Assembly: GCA_027923505.1 (NCBI GenBank)
Contig: BROI01000004.1
Coordinates: 868,001-932,000 of the forward strand
Direction of reading: 5' to 3'
DNA length: 64,000 nt
Source: Mayamaea pseudoterrestris
Taxonomy: Eukaryota
The notes beneath the pieces are model-generated. The model was not told the origin of the DNA and made no database searches. It saw nothing but the letters and a program-made list of their open reading frames with translations. Position 1 is the stretch's first letter; every line of letters begins with the position of its first letter. A program made the position numbers and the translations under genes. Of the stretch, positions 1 to 11,100 are shown one piece after another.

Positions 1-1307
1 AAGAGGACCGTGTCACCAAGCTGAATCCATGTTGCCGCCGATGATCCTCCTCGAAAACTATAAGTGCCACCGGGAGAGTCTCTGGCACTCAAATACACCT
101 CGGTAATCAAGCGGGAGTTGCCGGTCAAGTCGTTGTCTTCGATCGGTTCATGTAAGAGTACCTTGCCCTTGGCTTCTAATGAATGCCCTGCGTCGGCTGG
201 CTGCGGGCAAAGGACCACAATGCCAGTGACCCCGCAAGCAACGGCATCGTGAAACTTGACGCTACCCTTTGGTTTCAACGAAACTCGGCGAGCACTTAAT
301 CGCCTTCGCCCATGTGGCTCACCTCCACCATTGGCTTCGTTAACGACGAGAAACTTCATTTCTTGACCTTCCTTGAGCACGAGGTCACCATCACCCAACG
401 CACGCTCCGTATCGTCCATGTCAATGGTCGAGTAGTGAAAATAGATTTCTTCACGTCGCTTGTTCGACAAGAGAAATCCATACTCGCCCTTGAGCGAGGT
501 GACGACTCCAACTTCTTCCGTCGCTTCAGCCAGCATTTTCGTCTCCTGCTCATGACGCACCCGGTCTCTTTCAGATAAAATCAAGCTTATGCTTCTAGCA
601 AATTGATTCTTGCTGCGCCGGTCTGTCACAATGCTAAACTCAACCAAGTCACCCTTGAGCAGTCGATTTGGCTGTCCCCTTCGACCGTCAGATATAATCT
701 TGGCGTCCTCGCCGTTCAATGGCTCTGGTTCGTCATGCTGCTGCGTTGGCTGATAGTCATTTTGACGAAAATATAACTCTGGTCCATCGGACACGATCGC
801 CGCGACGTCCTTTCCATCACGCTGGTCGTCGAGCAAGCGAATGGTGCCATCCAGCGTTTGGCCACGCTCAAACCGAGTCGGTCGATCCACCAATCCCCGA
901 AAAAGCTTTCCAGGTTCATTTTCCGTCTCCCATGCAATTGAGCCAGGCTCCAGTATCCGCACTTGGTAGGCATTAAGCTTGTCGTTGCGTGTTCCAATAC
1001 GAAACTCCACTTCGGCATCGAGTTGCAGTGAGTCTACTGGTTGCAGTGATTCCGAGTAGTGGAAAAATACTTCCTCCGGTCGATCAGCGCAGTAAATGAA
1101 ACCAAATGATTCCTTGAGACTACAAATGACGCCTTGCTCCAATGGCAATTGCGAGTGATCGGGTGCTTGACGCTGTTGTCTGCCTCCGCGATTGTTGTTG
1201 CTGCGACTGCCGCCGTCGCGATTATTGTAGCTGCGATCTCTATTGTTTCCTCCTTGATTATCAAAATATGACGATTGTCGCGACGAGTTGTTACTGTAGC
1301 TTGTCAT
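1..1307 (-). CDS. CSDE1: Cold-shock domain-containing protein, CSDE1/UNR-like (5' part; runs off the window start)
   Basis: Manual translation; missing from the ORF track because there is no stop in the window. ATG at 1307 gives MTSYSNNSSRQ..., with tandem CSD motifs LEQGVICSLKESFGFIYCADRPEEVFFHYS and EVGVVTSLKGEYGFLLSNKRREEIYFHYS, plus UNR-type linkers LLKGDLVEFSI and RVSLKPKGSVKF. The frame is open to the window edge. Confidence 0.85.
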   Translation of the reverse strand, partial: MTSYSNNSSRQSSYFDNQGGNNRDRSYNNRDGGSRSNNNRGGRQQRQAPDHSQLPLEQGVICSLKESFGFIYCADRPEEVFFHYSESLQPVDSLQLDAEVEFRIGTRNDKLNAYQVRILEPGSIAWETENEPGKLFRGLVDRPTRFERGQTLDGTIRLLDDQRDGKDVAAIVSDGPELYFRQNDYQPTQQHDEPEPLNGEDAKIISDGRRGQPNRLLKGDLVEFSIVTDRRSKNQFARSISLILSERDRVRHEQETKMLAEATEEVGVVTSLKGEYGFLLSNKRREEIYFHYSTIDMDDTERALGDGDLVLKEGQEMKFLVVNEANGGGEPHGRRRLSARRVSLKPKGSVKFHDAVACGVTGIVVLCPQPADAGHSLEAKGKVLLHEPIEDNDLTGNSRLITEVYLSARDSPGGTYSFRGGSSAATWIQLGDTVL

Positions 1308-1724
1308 GTTTGGTCGATGAATGAGGCGTAAAAATATTCAGTCTTTCGAACAAGAAACTTGCGAAAGATTTGGGTGTGTATTACTTGGCTCCTCTAGTAT
1401 CTACCCCGAGAGCAAGTTTGCAATAGCTTAGAATCCGCTCAGAGACACAATTGCTTGACAATCTCCGACTCCCAATCGATGCCGATTGATGAATCGAGAG
1501 TTGTGAAAGGATGCAGCAGCAGTTTCGCTTTTGCTTTCCATGGCGCGCGCTTGGCTCATGATCATAAGTCTGGCCGTCTATCGTCCGTGAGTACCGGTAC
1601 GTCGTCCGTTGCTACCGTTCCCAGTCCCGCTACGACAGCATACGATCGCCGAAACGACGACCGCGAACCTCGCTCCGACGAACCTCAGCCTCCAACAAAC
1701 AACAAACATCGGCACTGCCCGACC

Positions 1725-2907
1725 ATGGGCGTTAACCACCGCAAACGAAGACGGACATGGTCTTCTGCCATTGCATGTTGTTACACTACAATATATTCAT
1801 CCTGGACGACAATTATAGTTCACGCAAGCAGCGACTCGACTGTAACGAAAGGCTCGCTTGACGTTCAATCAACATGCAACGCTAATAAAGTCAAAGTCCG
1901 CAAGTTTATACTTCTTTGTGACAGTCCGGGAGCATATTACTATGGGAGTAATACATATCGAAACTCTCGAGTCTGCATGTCAAATGACAAGGCGAACATT
2001 CAAATAAACTGTGAGTAGTGCATGAGCTGTTGGATGGATGATGTAGAAATCGGCAATGAGAATTATCTAGCTCACTCTAGTACCACCATCTTCTTTCGTT
2101 TGCGAATGTCTACATTCATCATATTCTGGTGCTGTATTGTTTCGCCAATTTATATGAAACGATTCACAATTAACAGTTACAATTTCAGAACGCTACAAGG
2201 GCAACGGCAATGTCCGTGTCACCCTACAGGCCGGCATTTACAATACATACACCACTATTCTCGATAATGTTCGTGTTTGTCAGCTCGGAGTAGCCGGGGA
2301 TAATGCGTATAAATGCCCGAAACCTGGCGACTATGTGCTCAAAACATACTTTTACGTGCCAGCAATTCGCGATTACGATTTTCACTATACACCCGATGTC
2401 AAGCTCACCTTTATGGATGGCGACGGCCAAGACGACAGTATACTAGGATGCTCCGCCACTGGAACCATGGCACTGCACACACGGGCCACGCGCAAGGCGC
2501 AAAGAGGACTGCTCGCACTGGGCTTGTGTACGTTTAGTTTTTTGCTGGTCTTTGGTGGTTTGCTGTGTGCAAGCTATCGACGAAAGAAAGAGATTCAAAA
2601 ATACTTGCATGAGCTCAAGACGAGCCGATACTATATTCAGACCATGCCGAATGGTAATGTTGTGGTGAATGATACGGACGAAGAATATGAGGAGCAGCAA
2701 ACTGGACTGCCCCACTCATCCGTTCGATTAAAAGCAAATGAGCATAGCAGCCAGTATCATGGCAACCTGCAACACCAACTACACGATCAAACGCCGACAA
2801 ACATGGCGGCATTGCATTATGATACTGACGACGATGCTCGACGAATGCTTGACATTCGCAACCCAATCCACAACGAGTCGCAAGTTCCGATGCGTCCGGT
2901 CATATAG
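1725..2907 (+). CDS. Hypothetical single-pass membrane protein with a Cys-containing, ML-like luminal domain; exons 1725-2010 and 2177-2907 (338 aa)
   Basis: A GTGAGT...AACAG intron (2011-2176) joins ORFs 1455-2018 and 2335-2907 in frame. The protein has an N-terminal hydrophobic stretch, LCDSPGAYYYGS...C and CPKPGDY motifs, and a TM helix (LLALGLCTFSFLLVFGGLLCA) followed by RRKK. Confidence 0.7.
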
Positions 2908-3046
2908 CACAAACTTGACTACATGGTATCGCTACATCCATAAATATTGTAAATAGAAGAAGATGCTGCCGGCTTTTGGTTGTTCATATCGTTAAATTGG
3001 CCTTTTCCAAGCTACTTTTGTCAGCTCGTTACAACTTGCAACACCC

Positions 3047-3661
3047 TTACTTTTTCGCACTAATCATTAGCATTTGCATTTGCTGTATCAAATTGGCTGC
3101 CTGTATATATGACTCAAGCGCCTGTTTAGCTTGCGCTTGGGCAGCGAAAAGGTCTCGGGGTGGGAGTGCTCCTCCCAACAGCTGCAATGGATCTGGAATT
3201 GACGAGGCTGCTGGAGTGTCGTCTACCGGTAGTAACTCTTCCTTAGTCATGGATGGCTTGGTTTCGTCATTCTTTGTCGAGTAATCCGACTTTGAGTGGC
3301 GATTGCGTAATCCAGTCGTGTTCTCGTTGTCGCCAATAGCTGCCGTGGAAGTTGCACTCGGAATAGTAGGTGTTGCTGCAGCATTTTCCTTTTCCAGTGG
3401 GTCCTTCTGAGTGACATTTATCAAGGAAAATTGCTCTTGCACCAAGCATGGTTCCTCCTTCAATGATTCTTTCATACGCAGAATGGGTTCAAGGTCCAGG
3501 CGAACATCGGAGGCTCCAATCCCCGGCTTTTCGCGTCGGGCTTTGGTCAAACTCCACATGGAAGCCTTTAGTGAAGCGTTTCCTTGCAATTGAGCAGATT
3601 GGTACGCATCCAGCAATAGAAGAGTATCAAGCGTAGGAGTAGCAGTACTGCTAGGAGACAT
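3047..3661 (-). CDS. CCDC115: V-ATPase assembly factor Vma22/CCDC115-like
   Basis: N-terminal LLDAYQ...LKASMWSLTKARR and C-terminal DPLQLLGGALPPRDLFAAQAQAKQALESYIQAAN resemble the two conserved blocks of Vma22/CCDC115 (LAKARY; DPLxWFGxLVPxxLRxAQ). Start placed at ATG 3661. Confidence 0.65.
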   Translation of the reverse strand: MSPSSTATPTLDTLLLLDAYQSAQLQGNASLKASMWSLTKARREKPGIGASDVRLDLEPILRMKESLKEEPCLVQEQFSLINVTQKDPLEKENAAATPTIPSATSTAAIGDNENTTGLRNRHSKSDYSTKNDETKPSMTKEELLPVDDTPAASSIPDPLQLLGGALPPRDLFAAQAQAKQALESYIQAANLIQQMQMLMISAKK

Positions 3662-3898
3662 GAAGGTGGAGCAATAGAGTAAAACAGGCTGCGTGGATCG
3701 TCCTAAACAATGCAATGAGCGGCTCTGGTCGTACTTGTATCGCCATGGCGCATCCAACGACGCATTTTTGGTACCGGTACGATGCTTGTTCGGCCAGTAC
3801 CGATGCGAGGGATGGAATCTCGCGATCGACGACCATGGTGCTTTTGGCCTCTCATCGGCTCACAACAGTCGGCTCCAACGCGACCTTCTACTTTTGCC

Positions 3899-4702
3899 AT
3901 GAGATTTTTGCTCCTTTATGTGTGCTTGGTGACGAGTATTATCGAGCTTGCATCGTCTTGGGCGCCTTCGTCTCGCCATCTCGGAGGAGCCAGAAAATTT
4001 TTGTATTCACAATCAGCATCTACTGGTAGACAACATCAACATGCGCAGTCCATACAGCTATTGACACAGGTTCGGGTGCCATACAGCTCCATTACAACTT
4101 TTCACTCCTCCGTACCATTCTCCGATGAGAGTAATAACGACCAGTCCCATGCTCCCATGGAACTGCCGCCTCATTCATCTCCTGCTTCAACCAATCAGCC
4201 AACATCATTGGACAACACGTTAACGCCACTGCCACAAGGCAGCAGTTTTATTCAAAGAGTCAAATCTTACCTAAAAGCACCATCGGATGGATTGACCTTT
4301 CGTCAAAGACTCGCCAAGCTTGGTTTGAATGCTGTCCTCAGCTACGGCTGGGTGAGCAACATGAGCTACAGTGTTGCTGTGAGTTTAGCCTGGTACATCT
4401 TCTCCAAACAAACGGGCAAATCACCGCTAGCACCTGGTCAGTGGAAGGGATTCTTGGCCGTATATGCTGGCTTTTTCGTTTTTAACAATTTGGTTCGGCC
4501 AATCCGCATGGCACTGGCCGTGGGAGTGGCACCTGCCTTTGATCGCTTTGTTGCCAGCATTCAAACCAAGTTGAAAGTGAATAAAGGAACGGCTATCTTC
4601 ATCACAGTCATGCTAACGAATCTGCTGGGGTCGATAGTGGCCATGAGCTCTGGTATTTTGCTAGCGGCGACCTTGGCAGGTGTGCCAGTCTTTGCGAAAT
4701 AA
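3899..4702 (+). CDS. Plastid-targeted membrane protein, FAM210/DUF1279-like
   Basis: Signal peptide MRFLLLYVCLVTSIIELASS|WAP (ASAFAP variant) plus a Ser/Arg-rich transit peptide. C-terminal hydrophobic domain LAKLGLNAVLSYGW...NNLVRPIRMALAVGVAP. Confidence 0.65.
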   Translation: MRFLLLYVCLVTSIIELASSWAPSSRHLGGARKFLYSQSASTGRQHQHAQSIQLLTQVRVPYSSITTFHSSVPFSDESNNDQSHAPMELPPHSSPASTNQPTSLDNTLTPLPQGSSFIQRVKSYLKAPSDGLTFRQRLAKLGLNAVLSYGWVSNMSYSVAVSLAWYIFSKQTGKSPLAPGQWKGFLAVYAGFFVFNNLVRPIRMALAVGVAPAFDRFVASIQTKLKVNKGTAIFITVMLTNLLGSIVAMSSGILLAATLAGVPVFAK

Positions 4703-5198
4703 TAGCGACATGGACTTTCCTGGTTGAACGGATGATACAATATTCACCTTTGATACTTGATACAATATGATGCTAAAGATAATAATGATGATTAAATCAT
4801 GGCTAAAAAGTTTGCTTGTCGCTAAACAATTTAGTGCTCACTCGTTGTCATTTAATTTCTTTGGCTCAGCTCGTTACATGAATGATGCTTGCTGGTCAAG
4901 CTCACTGTCACAGTCAACTAAACTTTTATTGATACAATACACGAAACAAAGCCTGGACAAAGGTGACAAAGCTATAAATGGTTAGGGCGTGCAACAGTCA
5001 AGTCTTGGGTAGCTAACATCAGTTCACTCCATCCCTAATTACCATGGATGACGTCGATGCGACATGGATCTTCTCCGCTCGAAACCGTCGGTGCGAGTCG
5101 TTCCAGAACAAACCAGCGGCCGATGCTGCCTCGAGTGTGTCTGAAAAATCGATAGCAAAGAACTTGAAGTAGAGAGAAAAGACAATAAAATTGTCAGC

Positions 5199-8100
5199 AT
5201 GGCGGAGTTTCCGGCGGAACCGAATATTGCTATGGAAAAGTTGTGGGTTGATGTGCGAAATAATTTGGAGGAAAGCAAGAATGGTAAGCGCGCAGCGAAC
5301 ACTAGTCATTGTGCACGTGGAATGTATATATCGGCATGGAAGTTTACTAATAGTTTCACCGTCGTATATTCTTTTGTTTGGATTTAAGTCATCTGGAGGC
5401 ATGCAGTGTCGTCGTTAAAGTTTGGCTACAAATACTTTTTGACGCATCCACCTGCTCGAGCCTTTGTCCAAGACTGCATGCATCAAATATGTTCAATTTT
5501 ACTGGATCAACATTTCAACCGAACTGGTCTCGAGGAGCGCGGCTGCATTCAAGAATCAATACTTTTTGCAGTTTCCATAGTTGCTGCTGATTTAAAGTTC
5601 CAGGTCGAGCACAAGCAAGAATGCAAGCTGCTGTCCACGTTGGAATTGATTTTGGACAGGTCCAAGATTTACTACAAAGGCATAAAAGGGACGTGGCACG
5701 TTGGTTCGCCGGGATCTCCAGAAGTGAGAATGAATGCGATTGAAGAGTTTCGTAATTTGAAGGGCTTCGATCACCTTGCCGATTACCTTACGTTTACGAC
5801 GAGTCTCACGCAAACGAGATTTATCGCACCATCTCTTTCGTCGAACGATATGAACGAGTCGACGGCGGCAGCTGCTAACGCTGCAGTAGATGCACCTGTT
5901 GTTGCTATTCCTCCGCCATCACTGGTCCTCCTGCGTCACGTCGTCATTGCGTTGTCTGATGGCATGAAGCTTTTGCCTTCCGATCCTCGAAACTTTCCAT
6001 ATGATGTAAGCCGTCAACGTTCCGAGCAAGCGCAAGTGTCTCAAGCCGACGCGATTTCATTTGGACAAGCTGTTATGCGTTACATTTACTCGGCCAGTGA
6101 TGACACGTTGAAAAGGTTTTCGACGGATCAAATAACTGAACTCCAAAGCGAATTGCGAATGGTGTTTGACACGTTTGTTAGCACGCCTAATAGTCGGCAA
6201 CACCGGCCAGTCACCATGATGTTTTATCAGTCTTGGCGAGATTTTTGTTGGAGACTGATCTCGTCAGGTTCATTGCCTTTGAAACTTTTTGGTTGGGAGC
6301 AGTTGGCCGACATTTTGGAAGCATGTGCGGCGCATCGACCACCGCCGCGTTACTATATCTGTTCTGGCGCGGGAAGTACTATCTGCGATGGACGCTACGA
6401 TTTTCATGGATCAGTGACGGATGATGGATACGTAGTACCAAAGGAAGGGATATCGTACGTACACATTGTTCCGCCGTCGGTATACGCTGAGGAAATGTTA
6501 AAGGTTGAGTCTCTAGAGCGAGATGCATATGCGTCGCCATTAAGTAGAGCGAAGCCTACCAAAGTTCCAAAGAAGCTGACAATCTTTCGCTGCACTATGC
6601 GGTCACGACACAAGTGGTGGTTTTTGTCGGAAGCGGATGAACAACAGCCTGGAACCGACAAAGATGTCGACTACTACCAGCACAAAAGCAACGAGACGGA
6701 GGAAAGCCAACCACCGAGCACTGGTTGGATTACATGCCGTAACGCAGGAGCCGATCCACCCCCATTTTTGCAAGCGTGTGGGTTGATGGTGCCACCGGGC
6801 GAAGAATATAATACATTGGAGCATCAGTTAGCCAAGTGGGCTATCAAGAATGAAATTGTTGAGCAAGTCTTGGGCGACACAACAATTCATCGGGAGGTCG
6901 TTGCGCGATCGACGGTGCTAATCAAGTTTTTGGCGTCCATGTGTGATCGGTATCTCACTGTTCCGCCGGATGTTGCGCCGCCAGTGGAGATTTATTGCTT
7001 GCTGTCGTCGCATCTTTTGTTCGCCTGGAAAACTTGTTTGCGAAAGGCAGATGCAGCAGTGTCGACGCAGGTGTACCAGTTGCTAGTGTCTGTGCTTCCT
7101 TTATGTCCGGTAGATCTGGCAAACCCTTTGCTTCAGGCTGTTCAACAATCTCTACAAGAAGATGAAGATGATGAGCGAAATCATCTTTTCGAGGTGTCCG
7201 AGTTTTGCTCGGCGCTGGCATCTGGAATACTCGATGCGAAAGCGGATGATGTTGTATTTATGAAGGATGAAGTTCGTCGAGAAGTTTTGAACCTTCTTTG
7301 GTCGGTGCTGACGCATCCGGCGGCTTCTTCATTGCGATCATACGAGACAATGAAGCGATATGTCACCCATGAATTACGCGTCGAGCCAAACGGTAGGGAG
7401 CATCGGGATAATTTGATACGGACATGCTATAAAGCATTAAGCGAAAGCGCTAGCACGATGAAGATTGGTGGGATCGACGAGGTGCAGGTTTTGCGGATGG
7501 TGGAATTGACCAAGTTCATGTTGGATGCGTGCCCTCGAGAGCAAGCAGTTACCATTGTATCCAATGGTAACGGCGAGCTGCCGTTGTTATTGCTGCGAGA
7601 ACTGACAGCTTTTTTGAAGCGAAAGCGTGCAGCCGGGTTCTCTTACAGCAAGAGCTTGCCAGCGACCCATTTAGTCGAAGATGAATTCAAGATGCCAATG
7701 CATGCATTGCGCGAGCGATTACGCGTAGTACGTCATGTCTATGGGCTTTGCGATCCATCGTCACCTTTACAACAGCCTTTGTCGTTGGAAGTTGACGTGG
7801 TGAAAGATCTTTGGGAATTGTGCGATGCTCCGGATGACCGAGAAGCTTTGATGGTATTCATTGCGCAAGCCTCTCGCAGCGGTAAGGTTTCACAATATTT
7901 TTCAGTGTCGACGAGTGGGAGCCAAGGGATTAACAGCGCAGAACCGGTTCTTTATGCTGCGTTTACTCGAGAAGTTGCTTCTGCGGTGTTTCTTGACCTG
8001 TTTTGCTCCTCCACTTTGATGGATCCTGAGTATCTCAGCGACGCCGCGTACAAAAGCTTCCAAGATCTGTTAGCTTCGACAAAAATTGTACCGTCTAGAC

Positions 8101-11100
8101 ACGACGATTTTCCGGTGTTAAATGCCGTTATTGAAGCTCTTTGGCGAATAAGCCTCGTAGTGGCTGATGACAATGTCGCAGCATTGGCTATGAAGGATTT
8201 GCTCAATATGCACGTTGCTACCGCCTCCCCTGAGACGAGCTCGTCCTGGAATGTTTCGTTTAATAATCGGTTTGACGATTTTCGCGATCGAGTTATCAAA
8301 TGCTTCACGATGGTAGAGCGAGAAATAAATTTAAGCTCACGCACTGCAAAACGGACAACAGAGCGCTGCCTTCGGATTGTGAACGCTTCTATTGGGCAGA
8401 GTGGATTTGATGATGTTTCTGTATGCTCATCAACGCTGACTCGATTACAAGGGTTGGCTTTTAACGCGACCCTCGATGATGTTTCAAGGATCATTCCACA
8501 TGGTATGCGAGGGCAGGGCAGTTACCGACGAGTAGGCATTAAGGCCAATCAGGCCAAATGTACATTGTCGCAGAACCAGCTTGAAGCCGACCAGACTGCG
8601 AGACCGAGTAATGTAAAATTTGCGCTCGATCTTCATCCTCTGGAAACACTTGAATCTGTGAAGATAAAGATTGCAACGCACTGTCAATGTCCAATTTCTT
8701 TCGTCAAGCCAATCCAGGTCGACGGCCGAGCAGCTCGTCAGATTGGATTTGATTCCTCTCAAACCTACAGTTCAAATCTAAATATGATGCCTGAAGATAC
8801 GTCTGTGGATGAAATTGGTATCGTTGACGGGTGCGAGCTTGTGGTGGTAATTGTCGAGCCGCGGCAGCTGAGCAGTGTTTCCTCGACGCCAACACTCGCG
8901 ACTCGCGGCGACAAATGGCATGACCTGAGCGATGTTTTCTTTGAGCATAATGGCGAATTTTCGGATCGACTGTTCGGCGTTTTAATGAATGTGCTTAAGC
9001 TAATGTCTTGGAAAGATACGACAAACGGGGAAACCGAAGCTTTGCAGTCTGTTGACACCCATCAATTGGTTTGGGAATTTCTTCTAGCGGCGCCCACCAA
9101 CAGTGTAATATGTGCGCAAGTCAAATCAGCCGCTGCCTCTGGTGACGCTCTGGCGTCAATAGGGACGGACACGATACCTGACGAAAATAATGGAGTGGCT
9201 TGGTCGTATCTCTTGGACTTTGCCGATTTCGACCGTTCAGTTTATGTTCTGTTGACCATCGATGCTCTGTTACGTCCGGCAGGTGAATCGATATCGATTT
9301 TGCGGCCACCTCAACGGGAACAATTCATGCTTGGAATGGAATCGGAGGCTGCAGAGTTTCGAGCCTCTTTCATAAAGGCTGGCGGCTTCCAGCATGTCAC
9401 GCGGTTTTTTTCTGCTGCTGGGGCTGCCGATAAGTCGCGTCGTGGCAAGACGCGCAGAGGAAATGCTGTCGCTTTGCGAATTTTGAAGTCGTGTTTATTT
9501 GGAGACGCTGCTACTTTGGATGGTTTGCACGAAGACTCACTCGACAACAATGGCCGCCAGCTCTTGGAGACGCTAGTTGATGCGCAAGGCTTGCTAACAA
9601 GCTTGTTGGCAATGGTGGTCGACGATGCTGGTATATCCTCTTCTGTTATTGCGGACGTTATCCGGTTTTTGATGCTTGTGTTTCAGTCTTCAAGCTCATC
9701 TGCAAGCGTTGAAGCACTTTCTGGGAAAATGTGGGAAGCTTTTATCATTAAATCGTTGACGCACGAGGTAGTTTCTGATAATGCGTGCTCCAGCTCGATA
9801 ATGAATGCAGCTATGCGCGTGCGGCGAAGCGCGCGTGACCTCATCCTGCAAACAACGCAACTCGCCGATAATGCTGTGCCTTGGCTCACTAAGGCGGTTG
9901 CGAATATTGATGTTGGATCTGAGTGTTCCGAAGAATGCTTTGACGTCCTCGGAAAATTAATAAGTGGGGGCGATTTCAGCGGCAACCGCTTGCTATCTTC
10001 AAATGAAGATGACTTTGCTAACCTTGCAGCGGTCGTTTGTCGGAAGCTCGTTGAATGTCCAAGGCCTCGAAGTGAAAGCGAAGCACTCGAGGTTTCTACT
10101 AGCGTACTCTGTGGCTGCCTGAAATTGCTTCGAGCTCTTGTGGAACGCGGCAGAGCTCATGCCCTCGCTTCTGGAGTGGCGTGTCTTCTTGCTGCTTGCA
10201 GTGTTCCGGGATGGTATAATAGAGCCGAGGCGGACGCAGACGAACACTATATAAATTTGATGGGTGTCATGTTTGATGCATTTCTTTCGCCTGTTGGCAC
10301 TTCGTCAGTCGCTGTGTGCTGCGATAAAGAATCAAGGAGACTTGGTTTTGACATCGTCGAAGCGGCTGCCAGAGCTTGCTCGGGGGACGAAGGTTACAAC
10401 CGACTGATGTTGCATATTAATTCACTTATAGCAGTCGCAGCTCCAAAATTGAAACACCGTTGGGGCCAGTATGGGGCGAGCAGTCATGAGCTGAACATAA
10501 GAACACGATGCGCATCCAAATACTCTGGTCTGAAGAATGCTGGTTGTACGTGCTACATGAATTCGGTTTTGCAACAGCTATTTATGATGTCGGACATCCG
10601 CGAATCTTTATGCTCTGTTCCCTTGCCGTCGGCTCTCCGAACATCCGGTGATGCTTTGCCTAAAGGATTTGAGCTGGTCGGCAAGACGATTTCATTGCAT
10701 TGGGAGACGGGTGCTTCTTATGAAGCGATGGTCGAAGCTTTTGACGAATCGACTGGGACTCATTGTATTCGATATTGTCCTATCAAGCGCGCACTGGCGG
10801 ATCCTAAAGTTGATGACGACGTTGCGAAACTACCCCGCAATCTTTTTGAAGAATTTGTTTTATCTGAAGGACGAACAGGGAAAGAAACTGGAGTATATCA
10901 AATTGTCGTGGAAAGCACAGAAATGGAAGCGGAGACGTGTGCCGATCAGACGATTTTAGCTGCCAACGATGAACTTGTTGAAACCGACGACGAACGTGCT
11001 TCTCGTCGCCTGCTGGAAGAAGTTCAAAGGACATTTATTCATCTCGATGAAGGTGCTCGCGGGAGACATTTTGATCCGAAAGCGCTCGTTGAAGCATGTA

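Noticed and set aside
5044..5172. 42-codon ORF just upstream of the USP start (possible uORF)
   Set aside because: No evidence that it lies within the transcript, and short ORFs of this size arise by chance.
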